Shown: piece after piece, positions 1-11,477 of the stretch
Layout: every line of letters begins with the position of its first letter
How positions within the stretch are numbered: the first letter of the stretch is position 1
NCBI GenBank assembly: GCA_964016885.1
Contig: OZ024752.1
Span: 16,864,001 to 16,928,000 of the forward strand
DNA: 64,000 nt
From: Eledone cirrhosa
Taxonomy: Eukaryota
Reading direction: 5' to 3'
Notes under the pieces: generated by a model
What the model saw: only the letters and a program-made list of their open reading frames with translations
What the model was told of the DNA's origin: nothing
The model's database searches: none
Position numbers and translations under genes: made by a program

Positions 1-329
1 TTTCAACACACAATGTCATTTTCCGTACACAGAATACACAAAAAAAGAAAAAGAAAAAATAATCACACACGCAATACTAATTAACACCATATCACTATAG
101 AGACCTGCTGTAAATAAACAAACAGTGTATCGTAACTTTCATTGTAAAAAAAAAAACAAACACATTCACTTGTCAGAAAATCTACTTTCATTTTCTCGAA
201 CGTTAAACTTATCCTATGCCTTTCTATGTATAAATTTAAGAACTTTTAAGACAACCAAATATATATATTGTGCATAGGCAACTTATACAGACCATGTGTA
301 GTATTTTCTATAAATTGTAAATATTGTGA

Positions 330-720
330 AATGTTCTGGAGAATCGATGCAAACAAGAATTAAATATTTCCTTTTTTTTTGTTATCAGGATTGGTAATTA
401 TATGAAAGATTTCTTCAATACAGAGATGACACATTCTTGAGAGAACCATGTTTTGGTAAACTGCCGCATTCGATATCCTTCGCCAAGAGATTGAATAGTC
501 AGTGTTACTGTCTTTTAAAGACCAAATTAATTGTGATAGTGAGGTTGAGAATATTTTGTCCGCTTGTTTGAAAGTATGTTTATGATTATACCATTGGTCC
601 TTAAATTTTGTAGAAGTAGCTCCTATATAATATATAATCTATCTCTAGTTTTTATGGTGCATTTGTATACTAAATTTCTATCAAGGCAATTATTCTGTAA
701 AGGGCATAATATTTTATTTC
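330..720 (-). pseudogene. Penelope-like element remnant, GIY-YIG endonuclease region
   Basis: Manual minus-strand translation gives CPLQNNCLDRNLVYKC..YIGATSTKFKDQWYNHKHTF..STSLSQLIWSLKD..YSISW..CHLCIEEIFHI (frameshifted). This parallels the PLE GIY-YIG ORFs at 41287-41670 and 28919-29233. Confidence 0.8.
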
Positions 721-1276
721 TGCAATTACATTTTCTAATATTGTTATTAAGAGATACGGTATTATTATTTATGCATTCGCTATTATTATACGTAATGTTA
801 TTAGTTATATTGTTATTGCTATTTGAGTTTATTTGGGTTGAGTTTAATTTTAAATTCCTATTATTAATTCTAGTAACATTTAATACATTACTTTATAATT
901 TTCACCAAAATATTATAAATACTTCCATATTCTTAAAATATATTATAAAATTAAATAAATAAATAAATATAATTATATCATTCTTTCTATACCCATGTAA
1001 ATATGTTTGGATGTATATGTGCATATTTCTATAAATAATCCTAAATTAACTTTACAATATTTTTTCAAATTTAATAGCAAACCCTTTTTAAAAAAATAAT
1101 TTAGATAAATATTTAAAATCTATCTAGCGTCTAAACTTAACGGATCTTTTCAGTTTTAATGTTATTCTCATTAGCATATTTCCCCTGAGTTTTGAAAAGT
1201 TATATTCACTATCTTCACTGAACTTATAACATGAAGTTCACATGAAGATATGTCACTATCTTAACACCAATTATTG

Positions 1277-1337
1277 TATTTTATCTGACGAAAGCGTACT
1301 AAAATATTAGTACCCTTGAAATACGTATAATAAAATA
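1277..1337 (+). ncRNA. Minimal type I hammerhead ribozyme, family 1 (best-preserved copy)
   Basis: Stem I TATTTTAT/ATAAAATA. Core CTGACGA (1285-1291). Stem II AAG-C-GTACTAA(AATA)TTAGTAC-C-CTT. GAAA at 1318-1321. Palindromic stem III ATACGTAT. Cleavage triplet AUA. Confidence 0.85.
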
Positions 1338-1720
1338 AATATGATTTTATAAAGATATTTTCCATTTATTAATATTATTGATATATATATATGTGTGTGT
1401 GTGTATACATATTTATATACAGTGTAGGGGAAAAGAAACGCCCTATTTACACACACACCACACACACACACCACACACATATATGTGTATGCATGGCATG
1501 TGTGTGTGTGTGTAAATAGGTCGTTTCTTTTGTGAAAAAAAACTACCTGTTTACACACACACACATGCATACACATGTATATGTGTGTGTGTGGTGTGTG
1601 TACACTTTATTTCACGTTGCTCCTTCTACCTGGAGTTGCGACCGATAGATAGTATTAGCAATTGGAAAGACCAACGGAAACATTGTTCCCTCGGTCCGAT
1701 TCGACGAAAGTCGATCGTTC

Positions 1721-1772
<52 letters not shown>

Positions 1773-1960
1773 AATCTTTATATACATATTTATAAATAGG
1801 GTGGGTGAAAAGAAACTATCTCATTTTTCATTGAATAATATATATATATATATATATATTAATCAACGACAAAGCATCAGTTGATTTCAAATCAATTAAA
1901 TTTATATGTAACACTGCCAAGCACTCAACGGTATGCATTTATCCGGTGTATTATTATAAT

Positions 1961-2153
1961 AATTGTTTCTACTATTGGCATAAGGCCACCAATTATCTCA
2001 GTGTATTACTGGTACTTCATTTTATCGACCCCAAAGGATGAAAGGCAAAGTTAACCTCGGCGCGATTTGAGCTCAGACCATAAAGGGCCGTAACTCTATG
2101 CTGCAAAGCATGGCGTCCGACCCTCTACCTATACTGGCAATCGACCGCCCTTT
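1961..2153 (-). mobile_element. tRNA-derived SINE (octopus-type), near full length
   Basis: Reverse complement of the unit at 2945-3137, with a B-box-like G(T/C)TCAAAT and the body CCGAGGTTAACTTTGCCTTTCATCC..GGGGTCGATAAAAT..GTACCAG; A/T-rich tail. Confidence 0.8.
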
Positions 2154-2609
2154 GTGTATTATTATAATAATAACAGTAATAAACGAAAGATATATACTTT
2201 CTATCATCTCTATTTCATTATATATACTAACAGAAAAATCTCTCGTCGGGTGGTTTTCTGCTAGCATGTGTAGTATGCATATTAATATTATATGAAAATA
2301 TTGCATATATGCATACATGTAGATATGATACATCAAATAATATCGTAATTGACAATATACACAGACATTGAAGAGAGGCTGTGTTACACTCTCTTCTGTA
2401 ATCAGTAAAGTAATCCATGATACATTTTAAAAAGACGATATTATACATAAACTGCATTACGGTGAAATGTAATGAAAACGAAAAAGGAGAAAATTAGCGA
2501 CAGAAATATAAACGTTATGATGCAAATATATGAATGTTTATATAAGCGATATGTGATATAGCGTCCATTATATCATAACCGGAAGTATTGACATTTAAAA
2601 ATTTTAAAA

Positions 2610-2707
2610 GAGGTTAACTTTGTCTTTCATCCATACGGGGTCGATAAAATAAAGTACCAGTAATGTACTGGGTAATTGATGGCCTTGTGACAAAAGTAGA
2701 AACAATT
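2610..2707 (+). mobile_element. SINE 3' fragment
   Basis: GAGGTTAACTTTGTCTTTCATCC..GGGGTCGATAAAATAAAGTACCAG..GGCCTTGTG..AGTAGAAACAATT. Confidence 0.8.
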
Positions 2708-2787
2708 ATAAATAAGATTATATATGTTTAATCAACAACTACGAAATTTAGTAGATAAATTATGTAATATTCATTCATTATTTATTC

Positions 2788-3137
2788 AAAGGGCAGCAAA
2801 GAGTTACGGCCCTTTATGGTCTGAGTTCAAATCCCGCTGAGGTTAACTTTGCCTTTCATCCTTACAGAGTCGATAAAATAAAGAACCAGTAATACACTGG
2901 GTAATTGCTGGCCTTGTGCCAATAGTAGAAACAATTATTTATTCAAAGGGCGGTGGATTGGCAATATCGCTAGAGGGTCGAACGCCATGCTTTGACGCAT
3001 AGAGTTACCGCCCTTGCCATTCTATGTTCAAATCACGCCGATGTTAATTTTGCCTTTCATCCTTACGGGGTCGATAAAATAAAGTACCACTAATACACTG
3101 GGTAATTGCTGGCCTTGTGCCAAAAGTAGAAACAATT
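2788..3137 (+). mobile_element. Two tandem SINE copies
   Basis: Units 2788-2935 (internally deleted head) and 2945-3137. B-box-like GAGTTCAAATCC near 2823. TTATTTATTCAAAG recurs at each junction. Confidence 0.85.
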
Positions 3138-3212
3138 ATTTATTCAAAGTAATCCAACTTATTTTACTAACGGGATAAAAAAAATATATTCAGGACACAG
3201 TCCCGCACTCCT

Positions 3213-3292
3213 TACTTTATTATATTATAATTTCAAAGATGTAAAGTTTTATGTATAACATAAACCAAAACATGTCCTCTTCAGACAAAATA
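3213..3292 (-). ncRNA. Hammerhead ribozyme, family 1, longer stem II
   Basis: Minus strand reads TATTTTGT CTGAAGA GGA-C-ATG...CAT-C-TTT GAAA TTATAATATA ATAAAGTA. Stem I is held with G.U pairs. Confidence 0.65.
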
Positions 3293-3619
3293 CATACTAG
3301 ATGTATAATGTTTTCATGATATACTGGTAGACACAGAGCTGGACAGATCAGTGACCACTCAGCATATGACTAGAAAAAACTCAACACATAGGGGGTTACG
3401 TAACTGGGAGAATACATTATAGTTGGTTTAAACGTTTCATAAATTATTTAAAATATAGCGTAATTAGATTGGTGAAATCACAAAACAAAATTGACCGTTA
3501 TTCAGTCCATATTCTGCTTATATTCAATTAAAGTACGTATTAAATCAAAAGTATATATTATATGAAAGGAAAAAATAAAAAATTATTCTAGGAAATTAAA
3601 GTATTATGAAAATATAATA

Positions 3620-3692
3620 ATTGTTTCTACTTTAGGCACAAGGCCAGCAATTACCCAGTACATTACTGGTACTTTATTTTATCGACCCCGTA
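3620..3692 (-). mobile_element. SINE 3' fragment
   Basis: TTGTTTCTACT..GGCACAAGGCCAGCAATTACCCAG..GGTACTTTATTTTATCGACCCC. Confidence 0.75.
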
Positions 3693-4229
3693 AATATAAT
3701 AATAAAGGGGAAAGAATTTGGATTACAAAATTTGTAGTTAAATTATCTTTGTTTATTTATAATTATATTTTGAAATTATATGAGTGGAAAAGTATTTAAT
3801 AATTGTTAAGGTTTTTTTTAAAAATATATAGTTGAGTAGGTTATGAGATAAATTATTTATTTCAAAAGAAGGGAAGTAATTATCTATGTCAAATTTATCA
3901 ATTCAACAATCTTATTTAAGTAGTTAATATATGTAAAGCAGGGACTATTAAATCTTTGTGTAAATATTTAGAAAGAAAAATGTATGCATTGTAGCCAAAT
4001 TTATCAATTTATATTAAATTTACTTTATTTAGATACAACCTAAAGTTAAAGTAGCTGAAAAATTGGAACGAAGGAAGGTTATAACAGAGAAAAATAACGG
4101 AGGAAAAAATTAGTTAACTTATTTTGTCGTATAATCTAGATTTAAAAAACCTGTGGCGGTGATTATGCCACCTTTCTTTATCCTTACTGCTAGAAAGACT
4201 CTTATTGATTTTAATGGACTAGAGCTGAT

Positions 4230-4335
4230 AGACCTGGAATAAGACATGTTCAAAAGAGAAGACAAGAGATTTAGTACTGCTTTATCTGAATTAATTTGGT
4301 CACTTAAAAATAATAATATAGAATATTCTCTTTAT
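4230..4335 (+). pseudogene. Penelope GIY-YIG-adjacent remnant
   Basis: Translates ..STALSELIWSLKNNNIEYSL, matching the T.L...IW.LK....Y motif of the other PLE copies. Confidence 0.55.
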
Positions 4336-4599
4336 TTCGTGGTGTGTGTGTGTGTTTGTGTGTTTGTGTGTGTGTATGTGTGAGAGAAAGAGAATCTAAT
4401 GGGGGTGATTACATATTTAATTTTGGTTTAAATCTGTTAATAAATAGTTTTTCTTTATTTATTCCTTGTTGTTGAGTGAAAGAATCTGAGCACTTGTAAA
4501 GGGGGGAGATTTTAAAGTTGGGTAGAGTCATTCCTACACAATCTGCAATGTGGCTACTTAAGGGGATTGTTCTCGTGTTTACGTCTCGGATTTACATCC

Positions 4600-6050
4600 G
4601 TTTAGTTGGGTCTGATACTATGGTGCATATACGTTTGGCTAATTTTAAAAGAATGTTAAGTTTTGTATCTTTTGGGTGATTTGATGTGAAGAGGAGGTAC
4701 TGTTTGGAGTACGTGGGTTTTTATTTCCCCATCTCTTTTTAAAATGAGGATATCCAAGAAGGCTAATTCCTTGGAGTTGTGTTCCATTGTGAACTGTATG
4801 TTATTGTTAATGTTGTTTATCATATTTTTGAAAACAGTGAGTTCAATCATGTCTTCGTGCCATAGTATAAAGCAATCGTCTAGGTATCTCTTCCAATTAT
4901 TTTTGAATGTGTCTCCAAATCATAGAAGGGATTTGGTTGTAGATTTGTTGTTTGTCATGACTAAGTTGGCGTATGAGGGGCTACCTTTGTGTCCATTGCA
5001 GTACCTGATATCTGTCGGTATGTTGAATCATTGAAAGTAAAATAATTATTCTGTAAGATAAATCGGAGTCCATCAAAAATAGTTTTTGTTGATACGTGTT
5101 GGTATTTCAGATTGGTGTGTGTCTAGCCAATACTGGATTGCCGTTATTCCATAGTTTAGGGATATGTTAGTGTAAATGTTTACTACGTCAAAGGAGACAA
5201 GAATATTGTCTTCACTTACTATTTTGGGTAGGTAGTTCAGCATATCAAGGTCATCTCTGCATATGTTTTAGGAATGTTGTAGGATGTCCAGGAAGTTGCT
5301 AAGTCTGTGAGTTTCACACGCAGGGCCTGCAATAATTGGTCTGAGTTTTAAGTCTTCTGGTTGTGTTAATTGTATGTATTTGTTAGCCGAACTGTCACAT
5401 GCATCGTTTATGAGTTTATATTAGTGGATCTTCGGTAAGCCTAGACAGCACTTGTTTTACATTTGAAATGGCTTATGTATTCAAATTCTGTTGTAGTTAA
5501 TTTATTGCGATATTTTTCTAGTAATGGCAGAATCCGCATTGTTTTATTTTAAAGTTTTCTGTTTTTTTAGTAGTATTTGTTGTCGTCTAAGATTTTAAGT
5601 GCCAGGTCCCTATAGTAGTTAGTGTCCATAATGACCACAGTGCTCCCTTTATCGGCTTTTTTGATGATTATTTCAGTGTTATCTCGAAGTGTGAATAATT
5701 CTTTCCATTCGTGTTTAGAGAGGTTCGATTTAGTGTGTTTATTTGTAATTTGTTCATAGGGAAAGTTGATGGTGCGTTCGCAGTAGGTGTCCAGTGTTAT
5801 GTTCCCTCCTTTCTGTGGGCAGAAATCACTTTTGTTTCTGACTATTGATTCGTCTTCAGTGTTCGTGTCATTGCAGAAGTATTCTATTAGTCTGAGTTTT
5901 CGGCAGAATTCCATGATACCATTTTTCATTTCGGGGAAGTTCGATTTTTGTGGTGTGGGTGTAGATTTCAGTCCCTTACTTAATACGTTAATTTGTGTGT
6001 TAGTGATATCTTTGAAAGGTTAATTATCTTAGGTTTCTCATAAATGGGGG
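4600..6050 (-). pseudogene. Penelope-like (Poseidon-type) reverse transcriptase, frameshifted
   Basis: IIIKKADKGSTVVIMD (5567-5929), LRPIIAGP, ILVSFDVVNIYTN, RYLDDCFILW and IQFTMEH..LAFLDI (4656-4850) are canonical PLE RT motifs. Confidence 0.85.
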
Positions 6051-6536
6051 CCATCGGGTGTCCAGGTATTTCAGTATTTTTTCTAAAAAAGGAAAATTAT
6101 TTTGGGTGTAATTGTAGTCTGCTTGTCAGTTTGTTTTTTTCATGAGAGTTAATGAGGTGATGAGGGTGGTATCTGTTGTAGTTATAATTATGTAAGAGTT
6201 CTGTTATGGGTTCATGTACTCTGGGTGGATTCTTTCTGGGATACATAGTGTTGATGTTGTGGGGTTGTTTTTGTAGTGTTGGAGGTGATACCTGTTGTAG
6301 TTGTTAATGTGGGAAAGTTTTGTTGGGATTTCATGCGGTCTGGGTGGATTTCTTCTGAAGTGTATGGTGTTTGTATTGTGGGTTAGTTATATGTTGTTTT
6401 AGGGTTGGTTTCTGTAGGAGATATTTTTGTGGATATCTATGTTGTGGTGGTTGGATATGTTTCTTCTACTGTAGTTGGTTGTAGTTGTTCTGTGTTGAGT
6501 GTGGTTTTGTCTGGGGTTTATGCGTGTTGGGGTTGG

Positions 6537-6835
6537 TGGAGTATCTGCAGATTTCTCATTAGTTCTGCATAAATATTCTCCTTTCCGCTAATCTTTAATA
6601 TCATATTGGCATTTTCTGGACAGCTAACTTCCACTACTGTGCATGCCTTCTTCTCCCTGTCCCATATTATAATATCTGGTCTGTTATGCTTGCATTTTAT
6701 TGGGTTTTTACTGAGACATTCCACCAGTACTCTTTCATATTATGTACATGGATGTCTTCCACATTGCTGTAGCTTTTAATGTGTTTATTATCGGGGCTAT
6801 CTTTTCTACGGTTTGCATTGTACAGTGTTTTGGTC
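6537..6835 (-). mobile_element. R4/Dong-like family B, RLE-domain fragment
   Basis: KHNRPDIIIWD..VEVSCP..N..K.NIYAEL; very similar to 35290-35590. Confidence 0.8.
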
Positions 6836-7055
6836 ACTCTCAAGATCCAGACAGCGAGTCGTCTGCACATTGTTGCCCCTCTCATGATGTGTGAATAAAA
6901 AGATGATCGTCGCTCATGTCTATTCCTTGGTCTCGTATCGATTTCGATACGGGGATTTCGATCCCTCATTCTCTGGCGTGCTTTGTAGTACTGTCATTGT
7001 GTTTGCAGGTTGATATCGAAGGGCTTGAACTTTTCGAAAGCCATGCTGTATGTAT

Positions 7056-7476
7056 GTTCTTCTGGTTTTATAATTTCACACATTTTTACCAGTAGGGAGA
7101 GAGTCGGTTTCTAACATAGACACAAGACTCTCTCATTGGAATTTATACAACATCAACTAGGTAGATTATGTATGCATGCATGCATGTGTAGATATGGATG
7201 TTATTGTATGTGTGGATGTGTATATTTTGAGTATGTGTGGATGTGTAATTTTTGGAATGTTTTACATATTTTTACTGTTCTATTAATGGAGTGTACTTTC
7301 CTAACTAGTTGTGTTCTTTCTGTTCCTGTGAAGCCTAGCTTCTCAAGATTTGTATTGAGGTAGTTACTAACAAATCCCAGTGCCCCAATAATCACAGGCA
7401 TAAATCTGAAGGTGTAATCAGGGTGGAGTATCTGCAGATTTTTCAACAGTTCTGCATAAATATTCTCCTTTTCGCT
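7056..7476 (-). mobile_element. R4/Dong-like family B, 5'-truncated 3' end
   Basis: Matches 34872-35345 including the 3' UTR; (TATG)n on both sides. Confidence 0.8.
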
Positions 7477-7575
7477 ATGTATGTATGTATGTATGTATGT
7501 ATGTATGTATGTATGTATGTATGTATGTATGTATGTATGTATGTATGTATGTATGTATGTATGTATGTATGTATG
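7477..7575. repeat. (TATG)n microsatellite
   Basis: Direct reading; further tracts at 8188-8265, about 8710-8750, 30257-30276, 34480-34497 and 34812-34871. Confidence 0.98.
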
Positions 7576-7576
7576 T

Positions 7577-8187
7577 CAGGTCAGGTCCCCAGTTGGTGCT
7601 ACTGGTAACATGTATCCCAGTACAACCTGTCTCATGGTCGGGTCGTTGGCGACTAAACTGGCAACCCCACAAAGGTTTCTTGGTGAGGAGGGTGACTTTG
7701 GACATCCTGCAGGACTAAAAACAAAACCTGTCAAAGGGCAAAGGAGCGCTTAAGAGTCAATGGCCATCCAAAATCACCGGGAGAGATGACCCCTTAGCCT
7801 TTGTCAAGGCAGAATTCTAGGAGAAGGAAAACTCTGATATAACACCTGCAACCCTGATGGTATCCAATGATGTTGACTTGTTCTTCTTTTTGGTAAATAT
7901 CATCTTGGTCAAGAGAGTGGGACTGGCTTTGTGCAGTGCCTTTGCTCACTATAAAAGCTTCAAGGCACAGGCATTGCTTTATATCAGGATATCTCTCTGC
8001 ACTTGTCGTCACATGGTACCATGGGCCCAGCACTATGTGTCAATAATTGTCACAGGTGTAGTGTTTGTACCAGAGTTTTCAAGTCACTGGCTGGACTAAA
8101 AAGTCACACTTGTTCAGCGCATCGGTAGGGGTTCTCCTACATGGATGTAAAGTAGTGGCCGTCCTCAAAAACGAGTTGGCAGCCACC
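7577..8187 (+). mobile_element. Non-coding RTE-related retroposon with (TATG)n tail (longest copy)
   Basis: Three copies share the 3' end GCAGCCAC(C/T)+ATGT.. and differ in 5' extent. GGAGAAGGAAAACTCTGA resembles RTE 5' UTRs (recalled, not searched). No credible ORF. Confidence 0.65.
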
Positions 8188-8265
8188 ATGTATGTATGTA
8201 TGTATGTATGTATGTATGTATGTATGTATGTATGTATGTATGTATGTATGTATGTATGTATGTAT

Positions 8266-8651
8266 TGTCAAGGCAGTATTCTAGGAGAAGGAAAACTCTG
8301 ATATAACACCTGCAACTCTGATGGTATCCAATGATGTTGACTTGTTCTTCTTTTTGGTAAATATCATCTTGGTTAAGAGAGTGGGACTGGCTTTGTGCAG
8401 TGCCTTTGCTCACTATAAAAGCTTCACGGCACATGCATTGCTTTATATCTGGAGATCTCTCTGCACTTGTCGTTACATGGTACCATGGGCCCAGCACTAT
8501 GTGTCAATAATTGTCACAAGTGTAGTGTTTGTACCAGAGTTTTCAAGTCGCTGGCTGGACTAAAAAGTCACACTCGTTCAGCGCATCGGTATGGGTTCTC
8601 CTACATGGATATAAATTAGTGGCCGTACTCGAAAACGAGTTGGCAGCCACC
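8266..8651 (+). mobile_element. Second, 5'-truncated copy of the RTE-related retroposon
   Basis: Direct repeat of 7801-8187, followed by (TGTC)n(TATG)n. Confidence 0.75.
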
Positions 8652-8652
8652 A

Positions 8653-8711
<59 letters not shown>

Positions 8712-11373
8712 ATGTATGTATGTATGTATGTATGTATGTATGTATGTATGTTTGTCTATATGTATGTTTGTCTATATGTTTCTCTTTCTCCTAATTTCAG
8801 TACATTTTTGACCGGCCACCTTCCTGGTGGCAAGGTTGTAAAACAAAAGAAATTGTCATCCCTTGAATCGCAAGAATGTTTTGCAAATTTTGAAGGTGCC
8901 AGCTACCGCAGCCATTTGTAGTCCATGAATTAGTGAGCTGCGCTCTTTGGCCACAAATCCAAGTTCAGTTATACATTGGTCCAATAGGGTTGGTATATAA
9001 CCTGTAGCTCCAATAATGATGGGTACGAAGCTGAAGGTATCTTGAATACTGGATCTGCAAAATCCTCATCAAAGGCCCATAGATGTCCTCCTTCTCTTGT
9101 ATTTTTCTTAGAACGTTTACATCAAGTGGCCAGCTAATCTCTATAATAGAGCACGTTTTCAATATGTCGTCTCAAACAACAATATCAGGCCGGTTGTGCT
9201 TTAATTTGGGGGCAGTTTTTATTTTCAGGTTTCACCAGTATTCTTTAGTGCCATCTTTCTCAACATATTCCTCCTCATTTGTTTTTAATTTTGTTTTCCT
9301 AAGTGCGTTCCAGATGGTTCTAGCTATCACATCGTGTCTCATAGGGAGGCAGTAGCGAGACAACATTCTTTCGCAGTTGACAAGAATGTGGCTAACATCT
9401 TCGATCTTTGTTTTACAAAGCCGACATTTATTGTCGACTGATGGCCCTCCTCTTTTGTGCAGCAGATATTTGGTATGGATTTCCTGTTCCTGTATTGCAT
9501 ATAGATATCCTTCAAGGTAGGATGTCATAAACTTGTCAGAATTCCATGCCAGGCTTTTTGAATGATTTATCCCCTCTATGTTCTGCGTTTTTTGTCTCAG
9601 ATACCCATGCACAACTTTCTCTGTAAGGTGGTCCATTTTTATTATCTTGTTCGAACATTGAATAGGATCTTACAATTTCCCTGGGAGAGAGATTTATATC
9701 AGGCCTTATTCCATATCTCTCCTCCAGATCAGTGGCTATCCTAATGATATTATTTCCGTCATGCTCATAAACCTGGGCAAGATGGTTGTTGACCTTTTTC
9801 TTCTGCTGAAGATGTTGCTTCAGTGTTACTATCCGGGTCTCGTATGATGTTAATATTGATTTTAGACCCCGGCCACCTTCCTTGCGTGAGAAGTATAGCC
9901 TATCCACATCACCAAAGATGTTAAAGTTTCCAGTAACGCTGAGAAGCTTGTGAGTTGTTATATCCATCTCACTTAGTTCTTGCAATGTTCAGCAGACCAA
10001 ATGTTGGCGTTAGGATAGGCACAGCATATCTGTAGTTATCACCTGACTGTAAAGTCTGTATTGTCAAGCCGTTCATCTCTAGATTTCCAGAGGAGGGCAC
10101 AACCCTTCCATGTTTGACTGTCAAATATGCACATTTGGACTCACCAAATTTCATTCTGATGTCTGCAGAAATTGTGTAATGAGGTCAATTGTTTTTTGAT
10201 ATAGTTGGTATTTGGCCCATACAACTTCAGGTCACCAACAAAGAAAAGATGGGAGCTACTTCTGGACGCACTTCCATGACCACTTTGTTTTGTGAGCAGG
10301 TATGACAGTGGGTTTAGTGAGAGGACGAAGAGCAGCACTGATAAGCTATCACCCTGAAAGATACCTTTCTGATAGTGTATTGGATTAGTCTTAATTTGCT
10401 CCTTCTCACCCCTAAGGATCAAATTGGTGTACCAGTTCTTGGTCAGGCGTTCAACAGCAGCTACTAGTGGTTGTGGGACTTTGGCTAACTGTAAAGCCTT
10501 AATAATCCACCCATGAGGTACACTATCAAAAGCCTTCTGATAGTCCTGCCATACCAGTCATGTTCCTGCGATTCTTTGCTGTTTTTTCCTGTATCATTTT
10601 ATTTGTTAGTAGGTAATCTATGCAGTCCCACACCTTCTTACCACCAGCTTGCTCAGGTGTTATAATGTTGTTGGTAGCAGAGTGATCCTGTAAGAACAGA
10701 TTAAGGCACCCAGTGTATACTTTATACATGATGTTCTGGCAGGCTATTGGGCGGTAATGTTAAGCAAGGGTGGTCTGGCTATTTTGGAGGATGAGGAGAG
10801 TAGTGGCAGTTGATAACCATTGGGGCAGTTCTTGTGTGTCTTTGATGGTTTCTCTAAACAACGGTATGAGATCTTGCCGATAGAAGGTGAAATTATTCAG
10901 CCAGTATCCTGTTATGTAGTCTGGACCTGGTGATTTCCTATTTGACATTTTCTGCAGAGTTGTTTCCAGTATTGATCCATCTATGTCATTGTTTTATCTG
11001 GACATGTTGGCAGTATTCCTGTTCCAGTTCTTTTAGCCATTTAGTTTGTTTGTTAAATCCGTCATTTGTTTCCCATACAGATATCCAGTAGCTCTCAACC
11101 TGTTCTTTTGTAGGGGTGTCATTTACAGAGATTGAGCTTTTCCCATTGAAGCTGCGATAAACTGATTTAGGATCTCTGGCAAATAATCTATTTAGCACTT
11201 GCCGTTTATGTGCTATTGACTTATATTTTAGCCTTTCTGCTGCAGTTGTGAGTTGTTGTTTCAACTGGCGTAGTTTGGAGTTTAGAGTTTTAAATCTTAT
11301 ATCTCCAAATCGCCTCTCTAGTGTTTTTCATACGTCTTCTGGATGTCGTGTGAAGTTGCTTTCAAAAGATGAA

Positions 11374-11462
11374 AGGTAAAGTTGACCTCGGCGGGATTTG
11401 AACTCAGAGAGCTGGAACGAATACCATAAAGCATTCTATCCGACATTCTAGCCACTTTGCCT
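11374..11462 (-). mobile_element. SINE head/body fragment
   Basis: GATGAAAGGTAAAGTTGACCTCGGCGGGATTTGAACTCAG. Confidence 0.75.
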
Positions 11463-11477
11463 ATACTATATATATTA

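Larger units (their letters stand above)
2227..3202 (-). mobile_element. Non-autonomous Helitron-like repeat interrupted by SINEs
   Basis: 2227-2790 and 3140-3202 are the inverted counterpart of 42540-42996. The element ends in a hairpin terminus (2227-2264). Confidence 0.6.

Noticed and set aside
564-962. 132-aa hydrophobic ORF on +
   Set aside because: It is the antisense shadow of AT-rich Penelope GIY-YIG/linker sequence; no host-gene signal.
1905-1950. TAACACTGCCAA resembles the start of a twister ribozyme
   Set aside because: The downstream P4 loop and pseudoknot partners are missing; treated as coincidence.
2945-3050. tRNA gene
   Set aside because: Only A/B-box-like motifs of a SINE head; no complete cloverleaf.
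7477-8770. Repeat-spacer-repeat pattern suggesting a CRISPR-like array
   Set aside because: The repeats are variable-length microsatellites and the intervening parts are copies of one retroposon; eukaryotic context, no cas genes.
7423-8921. ORFs with MYVC/YIHT repeats, and similar YIYI, LSIY and poly-L/K ORFs elsewhere
   Set aside because: These are translations of microsatellites.
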